Below, in pieces: positions 48,153-62,699 of a stretch of DNA of 64,000 bases; the first letter of the stretch is position 1; each line of letters begins with the position of its first letter. The DNA lies in NCBI RefSeq assembly GCF_009914755.1, contig NC_060927.1. One strand, written 5' to 3'. The notes beneath the pieces are model-generated. The model worked only from the letters and a program-made list of their open reading frames with translations, was not told where the DNA came from and ran no database searches. The translations under genes and the position numbers were made by a program. The DNA comes from the human T2T-CHM13v2.0 reference genome, Homo sapiens.

Positions 48153-49208
48153 TCATATATATATTAGGTACATAAAATATGAAAGTACATCAAATATATA
48201 TTTTATTCTGTACATAAAATATCAAAGTACACCAGATATATATTCTATAGTGTACATAAAATAACAAAGTACACAAACTATAAAATATATACTGTACATA
48301 AAATATGAAATTACATCAAATATATATTAGGTACATAAAATATGAAAGTACATCAAATATAGATTATATACTGTACATATAATATCAATGTACCCGAAAT
48401 ATATATTTTATACTCTACATGAAATATCAAAGTTCACAAACCATATATTGTATACTGCACATAAAATATCAAAATACACAAGGTATATATTCTATACTGT
48501 ACAAAAAATATCAAAGTACCCAAAGCAGGTATTATATACTGTATATAAAATATGAAAGTACATCAAATATATATTTTATTCTGTACATAAAATATCAAAG
48601 TACACCAGATATATATTCTATAGTGTACATAAAATATAAAGGTACCCAAACTATATATTATATACTGTACATAAAATATGAAATTACAGCAAATATATAT
48701 TATATTAGGTACATAAAATATGAAAGTACATCAAATATAGATTATATACTGTACATTAAATACCAAAGTACCCCAAATATATATTTTATACTGTACATGA
48801 AATATCAAAGTTCACAAACTATATATTATATACTGTACATAAAATATCAATGTACCCAAGGTATATATTCTATACTGCACAAAAAATATCAAAGTACCCA
48901 AAGCATGTATTATATACTGTATATAAAATATGAAAGTACATCAAATATATATTTTATTCTGTACATAAAATATCAAAGTACACCAGATATATATTCTATA
49001 GCGTACATAAAATATCAAAGCACACAAACTATACATTATATACTGTACATAAAATATGAAATTACATCAAATATATATTATATTAGGTACATAAAATATG
49101 AAAGTACATCAAATATAGATTATATACTGTAAATATAATATCAATGTACCCCAAATATATATTTTATACTCTACATGAAATATCAAAGTTCACAAACCAT
49201 ATATTATA

Positions 49209-52200
49209 TACTGTACATAAAATATCAAAGTACCCAAGGTATATATTCTATACTGTACAAAAAATATCAAAGTATCCAAAGCATGTATTATATACTGTAT
49301 ATAAAATATGAAAGTACATCAAATATATATTTTATTCTGTACATAAAATATCAAAGTACACCAGATATATATTCTATAGTGTACATAAAATATCAAAGTA
49401 CCCAAACTATACATTATATACTGTACATAAAATATGAAATTACAGCAAATATATATTATATTAGGTACATAAAATATGAAAGTACATCAAATATAGATTA
49501 TATACTCTACATTAAATACCAAAGTACCCCAAATATATATTTTATACTGTACATGAAATATCAAAGTTCACAAACTATATATTATATACTGTACATAAAA
49601 TATCAATGTACCCAAGGTATATATTCTATACTGCACAAAAAATATCAAAGTACCCAAAGCATGTATTATATACTGTATATAAAATATGAAAGTACATCAA
49701 ATATATATTTTATTCTGTACATAAAATATCAAAGTACACCAGATATATATTCTATAGTGTACATAAAATATCAAAGTACCCAAACTATACATTATATACT
49801 GTACATAAAATATGAAATTACATCAAATATATATTATATTAGGTACATAAAATACGAAAGTACATCAAATATAGATTATATACTGTACATAAAATATGAA
49901 AGTACCCCAATATATATTATATACTCTACATGAAATATCAAAGTTCACAAACTATATATTATGTACTGTACATAAAATATCAAACTACCCAAGGTATATA
50001 TTCTATACTGTACAAAAAATATCAAAGTACCCAAAGCATGTATTATATAATGTACATAAAATATGAAAGTACATCAAATATATATTTTATTCTGTACATA
50101 AAATATCAAAGAACACCAGATATATATTCTATAGTGTACATAAAATATCAAAGTACCCAAACTATACATTATATACTGTACATAAAATATGAAATTACAG
50201 CAAATATATATTATATTAGGTACATAAAATATGAAAGTACATCAAATATAGATTATATACTGTACATTAAATACCAAAGTACCCCAAATATATATTTTAT
50301 ACTGTACATGAAATATCAAAGTTCACAAACTATATATTATATACTGTACATAAAATATCAATGTACCCAAGGTATATATTCTATACTGCACAAAAAATAT
50401 CAAAGTACCCAAAGCATGTATTATATACTGTATATAAAATATGAAAGTACATCAAATATATATTTTATTCTGTACATAAAATATCAAAGTACACCAGATA
50501 TATATTCTATAGTGTACATAAAATAACAAAGTACACAAACTATAAATTATATCCTGTACATAAAATATGAAATTACATAAAATATATATTAGGTACATAA
50601 AATATGAAAGTACATCAAATATAGATTATATACTGTACATTAAGTACCAAAGTACACCAAATATATATTTTATTCTGTACATAAAATATCAAAGTACACC
50701 AGATATATATTCTATAGTGTACATAAAATATCAAAGTACCCAAACTATACATTATATACTGTACATAAAATATGAAATTACATCAAATATATATTATATT
50801 AGGTAAATGAAATATGAAAGTACAACAAATATAGATTATATACTGTACATAAAATATGAAAGTACCCCAAATATATATTATATACTCTACATGAAATATC
50901 AAAGTTCACAAACTATATATTATGTACTGTACATAAAATATCAAAGTACCCAAGGTATATATTCTATACTGTACAAAAAATATCAAAGTATCCAAAGCAT
51001 GTATTATATACTGTATATAAAATATGAAAGTACATCAAATATATATTTTATTCTGTACATAAAATATCAAAGTACACCAGATATATATTCTATAGTGTAC
51101 ATAAAATATCAAAGTACCCAAACTATACATTATATACTGTACATAAAATATGAAATTACAGCAAATATATATTATATTAGGTACATAAAATATGAAAGTA
51201 CATCAAATATAGATTATATACTCTACATTAAATACCAAAGTACCCCAAATATATATTTTATACTGTACATGAAATATCAAAGTTCACAAACTATATATTA
51301 TATACTGTACATAAAATATCAATGTACCCAAGGTATATATTCTATACTGCACAAAAAATATCAAAGTACCCAAAGCATGTATTATATACTGTATATAAAA
51401 TATGAAAGTACATCAAATATATATTTTATTCTGTACATAAAATATCAAAGTACACCAGATATATATTCTATAGTGTACATAAAATATCAAAGTACCCAAA
51501 CTATACATTATATACTGTACATAAAATATGAAATTACATCAAATATATATTATATTAGGTACATAAAATACGAAAGTACATCAAATATAGATTATATACT
51601 GTACATAAAATATGAAAGTACCCCAATATATATTATATACTCTACATGAAATATCAAAGTTCACAAACTATATATTATGTACTGTACATAAAATATCAAA
51701 CTACCCAAGGTATATATTCTATACTGTACAAAAAATATCAAAGTACCCAAAGCATGTATTATATAATGTACATAAAATATGAAAGTACATCAAATATATA
51801 TTTTATTCTGTACATAAAATATCAAAGAACACCAGATATATATTCTATAGTGTACATAAAATATCAAAGTACCCAAACTATACATTATATACTGTACATA
51901 AAATATGAAATTACAGCAAATATATATTATATTAGGTACATAAAATATGAAAGTACATCAAATATAGATTATATACTGTACATTAAATACCAAAGTACCC
52001 CAAATATATATTTTATACTGTACATGAAATATCAAAGTTCACAAACTATATATTATATACTGTACATAAAATATCAATGTACCCAAGGTATATATTCTAT
52101 ACTGCACAAAAAATATCAAAGTACCCAAAGCATGTATTATATACTGTATATAAAATATGAAAGTACATCAAATATATATTTTATTCTGTACATAAAATAT

Positions 52201-55200
52201 CAAAGTACACCAGATATATATTCTATAGTGTACATAAAATAACAAAGTACACAAACTATAAATTATATCCTGTACATAAAATATGAAATTACATCAAATA
52301 TATATTAGGTACATAAAATATGAAAGTACATCAAATATAGATTATATACTGTACATTAAGTACCAAAGTACACCAAATATATATTTTATTCTGTACATAA
52401 AATATCAAAGTACACCAGATATATATTCTATAGTGTACATAAAATATCAAAGTACCCAAACTATACATTATATACTGTACATAAAATATGAAATTACATC
52501 AAATATATATTATATTAGGTAAATGAAATATGAAAGTACAACAAATATAGATTATATACTGTACATAAAATATGAAAGTACCCCAAATATATATTATATA
52601 CTCTACATGAAATATCAAAGTTCACAAACTATATATTATGTACTGTACATAAAATATCAAAGTACCCAAGGTATATATTCTATACTGTACAAAAAATATC
52701 AAAGTATCCAAAGCATGTATTATATACTGTATATAAAATATGAAAGTACATCAAATATATATTTTATTCTGTACATAAAATATCAAAGTACACCAGATAT
52801 ATATTCTATAGTGTACATAAAATATCAAAGTACCCAAACTATACATTATATACTGTACATAAAATATGAAATTACAGCAAATATATATTATATTAGGTAC
52901 ATAAAATATGAAAGTACATCAAATATAGATTATATACTCTACATTAAATACCAAAGTACCCCAAATATATATTTTATACTGTACATGAAATATCAAAGTT
53001 CACAAACTATATATTATATACTGTACATAAAATATCAATGTACCCAAGGTATATATTCTATACTGCACAAAAAATATCAAAGTACCCAAAGCATGTATTA
53101 TATACTGTATATAAAATATGAAAGTACATCAAATATATATTTTATTCTGTACATAAAATATCAAAGTACACCAGATATATATTCTATAGTGTACATAAAA
53201 TATCAAAGTACCCAAACTATACATTATATACTGTACATAAAATATGAAATTACATCAAATATATATTATATTAGGTACATAAAATACGAAAGTACATCAA
53301 ATATAGATTATATACTGTACATAAAATATGAAAGTACCCCAATATATATTATATACTCTACATGAAATATCAAAGTTCACAAACTATATATTATGTACTG
53401 TACATAAAATATCAAACTACCCAAGGTATATATTCTATACTGTACAAAAAATATCAAAGTACCCAAAGCATGTATTATATAATGTACATAAAATATGAAA
53501 GTACATCAAATATATATTTTATTCTGTACATAAAATATCAAAGAACACCAGATATATATTCTATAGTGTACATAAAATATCAAAGTACCCAAACTATACA
53601 TTATATACTGTACATAAAATATGAAATTACAGCAAATATATATTATATTAGGTACATAAAATATGAAAGTACATCAAATATAGATTATATACTGTACATT
53701 AAATACCAAAGTACCCCAAATATATATTTTATACTGTACATGAAATATCAAAGTTCACAAACTATATATTATATACTGTACATAAAATATCAATGTACCC
53801 AAGGTATATATTCTATACTGCACAAAAAATATCAAAGTACCCAAAGCATGTATTATATACTGTATATAAAATATGAAAGTACATCAAATATATATTTTAT
53901 TCTGTACATAAAATATCAAAGTACACCAGATATATATTCTATAGTGTACATAAAATAACAAAGTACACAAACTATAAATTATATCCTGTACATAAAATAT
54001 GAAATTACATCAAATATATATTAGGTACATAAAATATGAAAGTACATCAAATATAGATTATATACTGTACATTAAGTACCAAAGTACACCAAATATATAT
54101 TTTATTCTGTACATAAAATATCAAAGTACACCAGATATATATTCTATAGTGTACATAAAATATCAAAGTACCCAAACTATACATTATATACTGTACATAA
54201 AATATGAAATTACATCAAATATATATTATATTAGGTAAATGAAATATGAAAGTACATCAAATATAGATTATATACTGTACATAAAATATGAAAGTACCCC
54301 AAATATATATTATATACTCTACATGAAATATCAAAGTTCACAAACTATATATTATATACTGTACATAAAATATCAAAGTACCCAAGGTATATATTCTATA
54401 CTGTACAAAAAATATCAAAGTATCCAAAGCATGTATTATATACTGTATATAAAATATGAAAGTACATCAAATATATATTTTATTCTGTACATAAAATATC
54501 AAAGTACACCAGATATATATTCTATAGTGTACATAAAATATCAAAGTACCCAAACTATACATTATATACTGTACATAAAATATGAAATTACAGCAAATAT
54601 ATATTATATTAGGTACATAAAATATGAAAGTACATCAAATATAGATTATATACTCTACATTAAATACCAAAGTACCCCAAATATATATTTTATACTGTAC
54701 ATGAAATATCAAAGTTCACAAACTATATATTATATACTGTACATAAAATATCAATGTACCCAAGGTATATATTCTATACTGCACAAAAAATATCAAAGTA
54801 CCCAAAGCATGTATTATATACTGTATATAAAATATGAAAGTACATCAAATATATATTTTATTCTGTACATAAAATATCAAAGTACACCAGATATATATTC
54901 TATAGTGTACATAAAATATCAAAGTACCCAAACTATACATTATATACTGTACATAAAATATGAAATTACATCAAATATATATTATATTAGGAACATAAAA
55001 TACGAAAGTACATCAAATATAGATTATATACTGTACATAAAATATGAAAGTACCCCAATATATATTATATACTCTACATGAAATATCAAAGTTCACAAAC
55101 TATATATTATGTACTGTACATAAAATATCAAACTACCCAAGGTATATATTCTATACTGTACAAAAAATATCAAAGTACCCAAAGCATGTATTATATAATG

Positions 55201-55347
55201 TACATAAAATATGAAAGTACATCAAATATATATTTTATTCTGTACATAAAATATCAAAGAACACCAGATATATATTCTATAGTGTACATAAAATATCAAA
55301 GTACCCAAACTATACATTATATACTGTACATAAAATATGAAATTACA
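49209..55347 (+). repeat. Second 1716-bp tandem super-HOR block, about 3.6 copies
   Basis: ORF starts 49930/51646/53362/55078 and 50567/52283/53999. Confidence 0.94.
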
Positions 55348-56149
55348 TCATATATATATTAGGTACATAAAATATGAAAGTACATCAAATATATATTTTA
55401 TTCTGTACATAAAATATCAAAGTACACCAGATATATATTCTATAGTGTACATAAAATAACAAAGTACACAAACTATAAAATATATACTGTACATAAAATA
55501 TGAAATTACATCAAATATATATTAGGTACATAAAATATGAAAGTACATCAAATATAGATTATATACTGTACATATAATATCAATGTACCCGAAATATATA
55601 TTTTATACTCTACATGAAATATCAAAGTTCACAAACCATATATTGTATACTGCACATAAAATATCAAAATACACAAGGTATATATTCTATACTGTACAAA
55701 AAATATCAAAGTACCCAAAGCAGGTATTATATACTGTATATAAAATATGAAAGTACATCAAATATATATTTTATTCTGTACATAAAATATCAAAGTACAC
55801 CAGATATATATTCTATAGTGTACATAAAATATCAAGGTACCCAAACTATATATTATATACTGTACATAAAATATGAAATTACAGCAAATATATATTATAT
55901 TAGGTACATCAAATATGAAAGTACATCAAATATAGATTATATACTGTACATTAAATACCAAAGTACCCCAAATATATATTTTATACTGTACATGAAATAT
56001 CAAAGTTCACAAACTATATATTATATACTGTACATAAAATATCAATGTACCCAAGGTATATATTCTATACTGCACAAAAAATATCAAAGTACCCAAAGCA
56101 TGTATTATATACTGTATATAAAATATGAAAGTACATCAAATATATATTT

Positions 56150-57147
56150 TATTCTGTACATAAAATGTCAAAGTACACCAGATATATATTCTATAGTGTA
56201 CATAAAATATCAAAGTACCCAAACTATACATTATATACTGTACATAAAATATGAAATTACATCAAATATATATTAAGTACATAAAATATGAAAGTACATC
56301 AAATATAGATTATATAGTGTACATAAAATATCAATGTACACCAAATATATATTATATACTCTACATGAAATATCAAAGTTCACAAACTATATATTATATA
56401 CTGTCCATAAAATATCAAAGTACCCAAGGTATATATTTTATACTGTACAAAAAATATCAAAGTACCCAAAGCATGTATTATACACTATACCTAAAATATG
56501 AAAGTACATCAAATATATATTTTATTCTGTACATAAAATATCAAAGTACACCAGATATATATTCTACAGTGTATATAAAATATCAAAGTACCCAAACTAT
56601 ACATTATATACTGTACATAAAATATGAAATTACATCAAATATATATTTTATTCTGTACATAAAATGTCAAAGTACACCAGATATATATTCTATAGTGTAC
56701 ATAAAATATCAAAGTACCCAAACTATACATTATATACTGTACATAAAATATGAAATTACATCAAATATATATTAAGTAGATAAAATATGAAAGTACATCA
56801 AATATAGATTATATAGTGTACATAAAATATCAATGTACACCAAATATATATTATATACTCTACATGAAATATCAAAGTTCACAAACTATATATTATATAC
56901 TGTCCATAAAATATCAAAGTACCCAAGGTATATATTTTATACTGTACAAAAAATATCAAAGTACCCAAAGCATGTATTATATACTATACCTAAAATATGA
57001 AAGTACATCAAATATATATTTTATTCTGTACATAAAATATCAAAGTACACCAGATATATATTCTACAGTGTATATAAAATATCAAAGTACCCAAACTATA
57101 CATTATATACTGTACATAAAATATGAAATTACATCAAATATATATTA
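56150..57147 (+). repeat. 499-bp (12-monomer) local tandem duplication
   Basis: Markers aaaatgtcaaag (56162/56661), tattaagta, ctgtccata, tatacctaaaa and ctacagtgtat each occur twice, 499 bp apart; M1 starts at 56365 and 56864. Confidence 0.9.
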
Positions 57148-57799
57148 TATTAGGTACATAAAATATGAAAGTACATGAAGTATAGATTATATACTGTACA
57201 TAAAATATCAAAGTACCCCAAATTTATATTATATACTATACATGAAATATCAAAGTTCACAAACTATATATTATATACTGTACATAAAATATCAAAGTAC
57301 CCAAGGTATATATTCTATAGTGTACAAAAAATATCAAAGTACCCAAAGCATGTATTATATACCGTACGTAAAATATAAAATTACATCAAATATATATTTT
57401 ATTCTGTACATAAAATATCAAAGTACACCAGATATATATACTATAGTGTACATAAAATATCAAAGTACCCAAACTATACATTATACACTGCACATAAAAT
57501 ATGAAATTACATCAAATATATATTAGGTACATAAAATATGAAAGTACTTCAAATATAGATTATATACTGTAAATATAATATCAATGTACCCCAAATATAT
57601 ATTTTATACTCTACATGAAATATCAAAGTTCACAAACCATATATTATATACTGTAAATAAAATATCAAAGTACCCAAGGTATATATTCTATACTGTACAA
57701 AAAATATCAAAGTACCCAAAGCATGTATTATATACTGTACATAAAATATGAAAGTACATCAAATATATATTTTATTCTGTACATAAAATATCAAAGTAC

Positions 57800-59540
57800 A
57801 CCAGATATATATTCTATAGTGTACATAAAATAACAAAGTACACAAACTATAAATTATATCCTGTACATAAAATATGAAATTACATCAAATATATATTAGG
57901 TACATAAAATATGAAAGTACATCAAATATAGATTATATACTGTACATTAAGTACCAAAGTACACCAAATATATATTTTATTCTGTACATAAAATATCAAA
58001 GTACACCAGATATATATTCTATAGTGTACATAAAATATCAAAGTACCCAAACTATACATTATATACTGTACATAAAATATGAAATTACAGCAAATATATA
58101 TTATATTAGGTAAATGAAATATGAAAGTACATCAAATATAGATTATATACTGTACATAAAATATGAAAGTACCCCAAATATATATTATATACTCTACATG
58201 AAATATCAAAGTTCACAAACTATATATTATATACTGTACATAAAATATCAAAGTACCCAAGGTATATATTCTATACTGTACAAAAAATATCAAAGTATCC
58301 AAAGCATGTATTATGTACTGTATATAAAATATGAAAGTACATCAAATATATATTTTATTCTGTACATAAAATATCAAAGTACACCAGATATATATTCTAT
58401 AGTGTACATAAAATATCAAAGTACCCAAACTATACATTATATACTGTACATAAAATATGAAATTACAGCAAATATATATTATGTTAGGTACATAAAATAT
58501 GAAAGTACATCAAATATAGATTATATACTGTACATTAAATACCAAAGTACCCCAAATATATATTTTATACTGTACATGAAATATCAAAGTTCACAAACTA
58601 TATATTATATACTGTACATAAAATATCAATGTACCCAAGGTATATATTCTATACTGCACAAAAAATATCAAAGTACCCAAAGCATGTATTATATACTGTA
58701 TATAAAATATGAAAGTACATCAAATATATATTTTATTCTGTACATAAAATATCAAAGTACACCAGATATATATTCTATAGTGTACATAAAATAACAAAGT
58801 ACCCAAACTATACATTATATACTGTACATAAAATATGAAATTACATCAAATATATATTAGGTACATAAAATATGAAAGTACATCAAATATAGATTATATA
58901 CTGTACATTAAGTACCAAAGTACACCAAATATATATTTTATTCTGTACATAAAATATCAAAGTACACCAGATATATATTCTATAGTGTACATAAAATATC
59001 AAAGTACCCAAACTATACATTATATACTGTACATAAAATATGAAATTACATCAAATATATATTATATTAGGTAAATGAAATATGAAAGTACATCAAATAT
59101 AGATTATATACTGTACATAAAATATGAAAGTACCCCAAATATATATTATATACTCTACATGAAATATCAAAGTTCACAAACTATATATTATATACTGTAC
59201 ATAAAATATCAAAGTACCCAAGGTATATATTCTATACTGTACAAAAAATATCAAAGTATCCAAAGCATGTATTATATACTGTATATAAAATATGAAAGTA
59301 CATCAAATATATATTTTATTCTGTACATAAAATATCAAAGTACACCAGATATATATTCTATAGTGTACATAAAATATCAAAGTACCCAAACTATACATTA
59401 TATACTGTACATAAAATATGAAATTACAGCAAATATATATTATATTAGGTACATAAAATATGAAAGTACATCAAATATAGATTATATACTCTACATTAAA
59501 TACCAAAGTACCCCAAATATATATTTTATACTGTACATGA
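57800..59540 (+). repeat. 961-bp (14-mer + 9-mer) near-tandem repeat
   Basis: ORF pairs 57874/58835 and 58114/59075; 961 = 583+378; a few substitutions between copies. Confidence 0.8.
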
Positions 59541-61850
59541 AATATCAAAGTTCACAAACTATATATTATATACTGTACATAAAATATCAATGTACCCAAG
59601 GTATATATTCTATACTGCACAAAAAATATCAAAGTACCCAAAGCATGTATTATATACTGTATATAAAATATGAAAGTACATCAAATATATATTTTATTCT
59701 GTACATAAAATATCAAAGTACACCAGATATATATTCTATAGTGTACATAAAATATCAAAGTACCCAAACTATACATTATATACTGTACATAAAATATGAA
59801 ATTACATCAAATATATATTATATTAGGTACATAAAATACGAAAGTACATCAAATATAGATTATATACTGTACATAAAATATGAAAGTACCCCAATATATA
59901 TTATATACTCTACATGAAATATCAAAGTTCACAAACTATATATTATGTACTGTACATAAAATATCAAAGTTCCCAAGGTATATATTCTATACTGTACAAA
60001 AAATATCAAAGTACCCAAAGCATGTATTACATAATGTAAATAAAATATGAAAGTACATCAAATATATATTTTATTCTGTACATAAAATATCAAAGAACAC
60101 CAGATATATATTCTATAGTGTACATAAAATATCAAAGTACCCAAACTATACATTATATACTGTACATAAAATATGAAATTACATCATATATATATTAGGT
60201 ACATAAAATATGAAAGTACATCAAATATATATTTTATTCTGTACATAAAATATCAAAGTACACCAGATATATATTCTATAGTGTACATAAAATAACAAAG
60301 TACACAAACTATAAAATATATACTGTACATAAAATATGAAATTACATCAAATATATATTAGGTACATAAAATATGAAAGTACATCAAATATAGATTATAT
60401 ACTGTACATATAATATCAATGTACCCAAAATATATATTTTATACTCTACATGAAATATCAAAGTTCACAAACCATATATTGTATACTGCACATAAAATAT
60501 CAAAATACACAAGGTATATATTCTATACTGTACAAAAAATATCAAAGTACCCAAAGCAGGTATTATATACTGTATATAAAATATGAAAGTACATCAAATA
60601 TATATTTTATTCTGTACATAAAATATCAAAGTACACCAGATATATATTCTATAGTGTACATAAAATATCAAGGTACCCAAACTATATATTATATACTGTA
60701 CATAAAATATGAAATTACAGCAAATATATATTATATTAGGTACATAAAATATGAAAGTACATCAAATATAGATTATATACTGTACATTAAATACCAAAGT
60801 ACCCCAAATATATATTTTATACTGTACATGAAATATCAAAGTTCACAAACTATATATTATATACTGTACATAAAATATCAATGTACCCAAGGTATATATT
60901 CTATACTGCACAAAAAATATCAAAGTACCCAAAGCATGTATTATATACTGTATATAAAATATGAAAGTACATCAAATATATATTTTATTCTGTACATAAA
61001 ATATCAAAGTACACCAGATATATATTCTATAGTGTACATAAAATATCAAAGTACCCAAACTATACATTATATACTGTACATAAATATGAAATTACATCAA
61101 ATATATATTATATTAGGTACATAAAATATGAAAGTACATGAAGTATAGATTATATACTGTAGATAAAATATCAAAGTACCCCAAATTTATATTATATACT
61201 ATACATGAAATATCAAAGTTCACAAACTATATATTATATACTGTACATAAAATATCAAAGTACCCAAGGTATATATTCTATAGTGTACAAAAAATATCAA
61301 AGTACCCAAAGCATGTATTATATACCGTACATAAAATATAAAATTACATCAAATATATATTTTATTCTGTACATAAAATATCAAAATACACCAGATATAT
61401 ATACTATAGTGTACATAAAATATCAAAGTACCCAAACTATACATTATACACTGTACATAAAATATGAAATTACATCAAATATATATTAGGTACATAAAAT
61501 ATGAAAGTACATCAAATATAGATTATATACTGTAAATATTATATCAATGTACCCCAAATATATATTTTATACTCTACATGAAATATCAAAGTTCACAAAC
61601 CATATATTATATACTGTACATAAAATATCAAAGTACCCAAGGTATATATTCTATACTGAACAAAAAATATCAAAGTACCCAAAGCATGTATTATATACTG
61701 TACATAAAATATGAAAGTACATCAAATATATATTTTATTCTGTACATAAAATATCAAAGTACACCAGATATATATTCTATAGTGTACATAAAATATCAAA
61801 GTACCCAAACTATACATTATATACTGTACATAAAATATGAAATTACATCA
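58930..61850 (+). repeat. Distant homolog of about 14500-17430 (offset 44426)
   Basis: ORF pairs 14649/59075, 16024/60450, 16712/61138, 16779/61205, 17152/61578; shared ctgtagataaaa, ctgaacaaaaa and the 1-bp deletion cataaatatg. Confidence 0.85.
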
Positions 61851-62699
61851 AATATATATTATATTTGGTACATGAAATATGAAAGTACATCAAATATAGA
61901 TTATATACTGTACATAAAATATGAAAGTACCCCAAATATATATTATATACTCTACATGAAATATCAAAGTTCACAAACTATATATTATATACTGTACATA
62001 AAATATCAAAGTACCCAAGGTATATATTCTATACTGTACAAAAAATATCAAAGTATCCAAAGCATGTATTATATACTGTATATAAAATATGAAAGTACAT
62101 GAAATATATATTTTATTCTGTACATAAAATATCAAAGTACACCAGATATATATTCTATAGTGTACATAAAATATCAAAGTACCCAAACTATACATTATAT
62201 ACTGTACATAAAATATGAAATTACAGCAAATATATATTATATTAGGTACATAAAATATGAAAGTACATCAAATATAGATTATATACTGTACATTAAATAC
62301 CAAAGTACCCCAAATATATATTTTATACTGTACATGAAATATCAAAGTTCACAAACTATATATTATATACTGTACATAAAATATCAATGTACCCAAGGTA
62401 TATATTCTATACTGCACAAAAAATATCAAAGTACCCAAAGCATGTATTATATACTGTATATAAAATATGAAAGTACATCAAATATATATTTTATTCTGTA
62501 CATAAAATATCAAAGTACACCAGATATATATTCTATAGTGTACATAAAATAACAAAGTACACAAACTATAAATTATATCCTGTACATAAAATATGAAATT
62601 ATATCAAATATATATTAGGTACATAAAATATGAAAGTACATCAAATATAGATTATATACTGTACATTAAGTACCAAAGTACACCAAATATATATTTTAT

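Larger units (their letters stand above)
38152..56150 (+). repeat. 7195-bp tandem duplication (3x1716 + 2047), about 2.5 periods
   Basis: ORF pairs 38972/46167, 39609/46804, 41224/48419, 41980/49175, 44451/51646, 47883/55078, 48419/55614; private variant ttagggaaatg at 39846 and 47041. Confidence 0.93.

Noticed and set aside
61971-62195. Only minus-strand ORF, possibly marking an inversion
   Set aside because: The sequence keeps the same orientation here; the ORF is a chance stop-free stretch linked to a local c>g variant at 62101.
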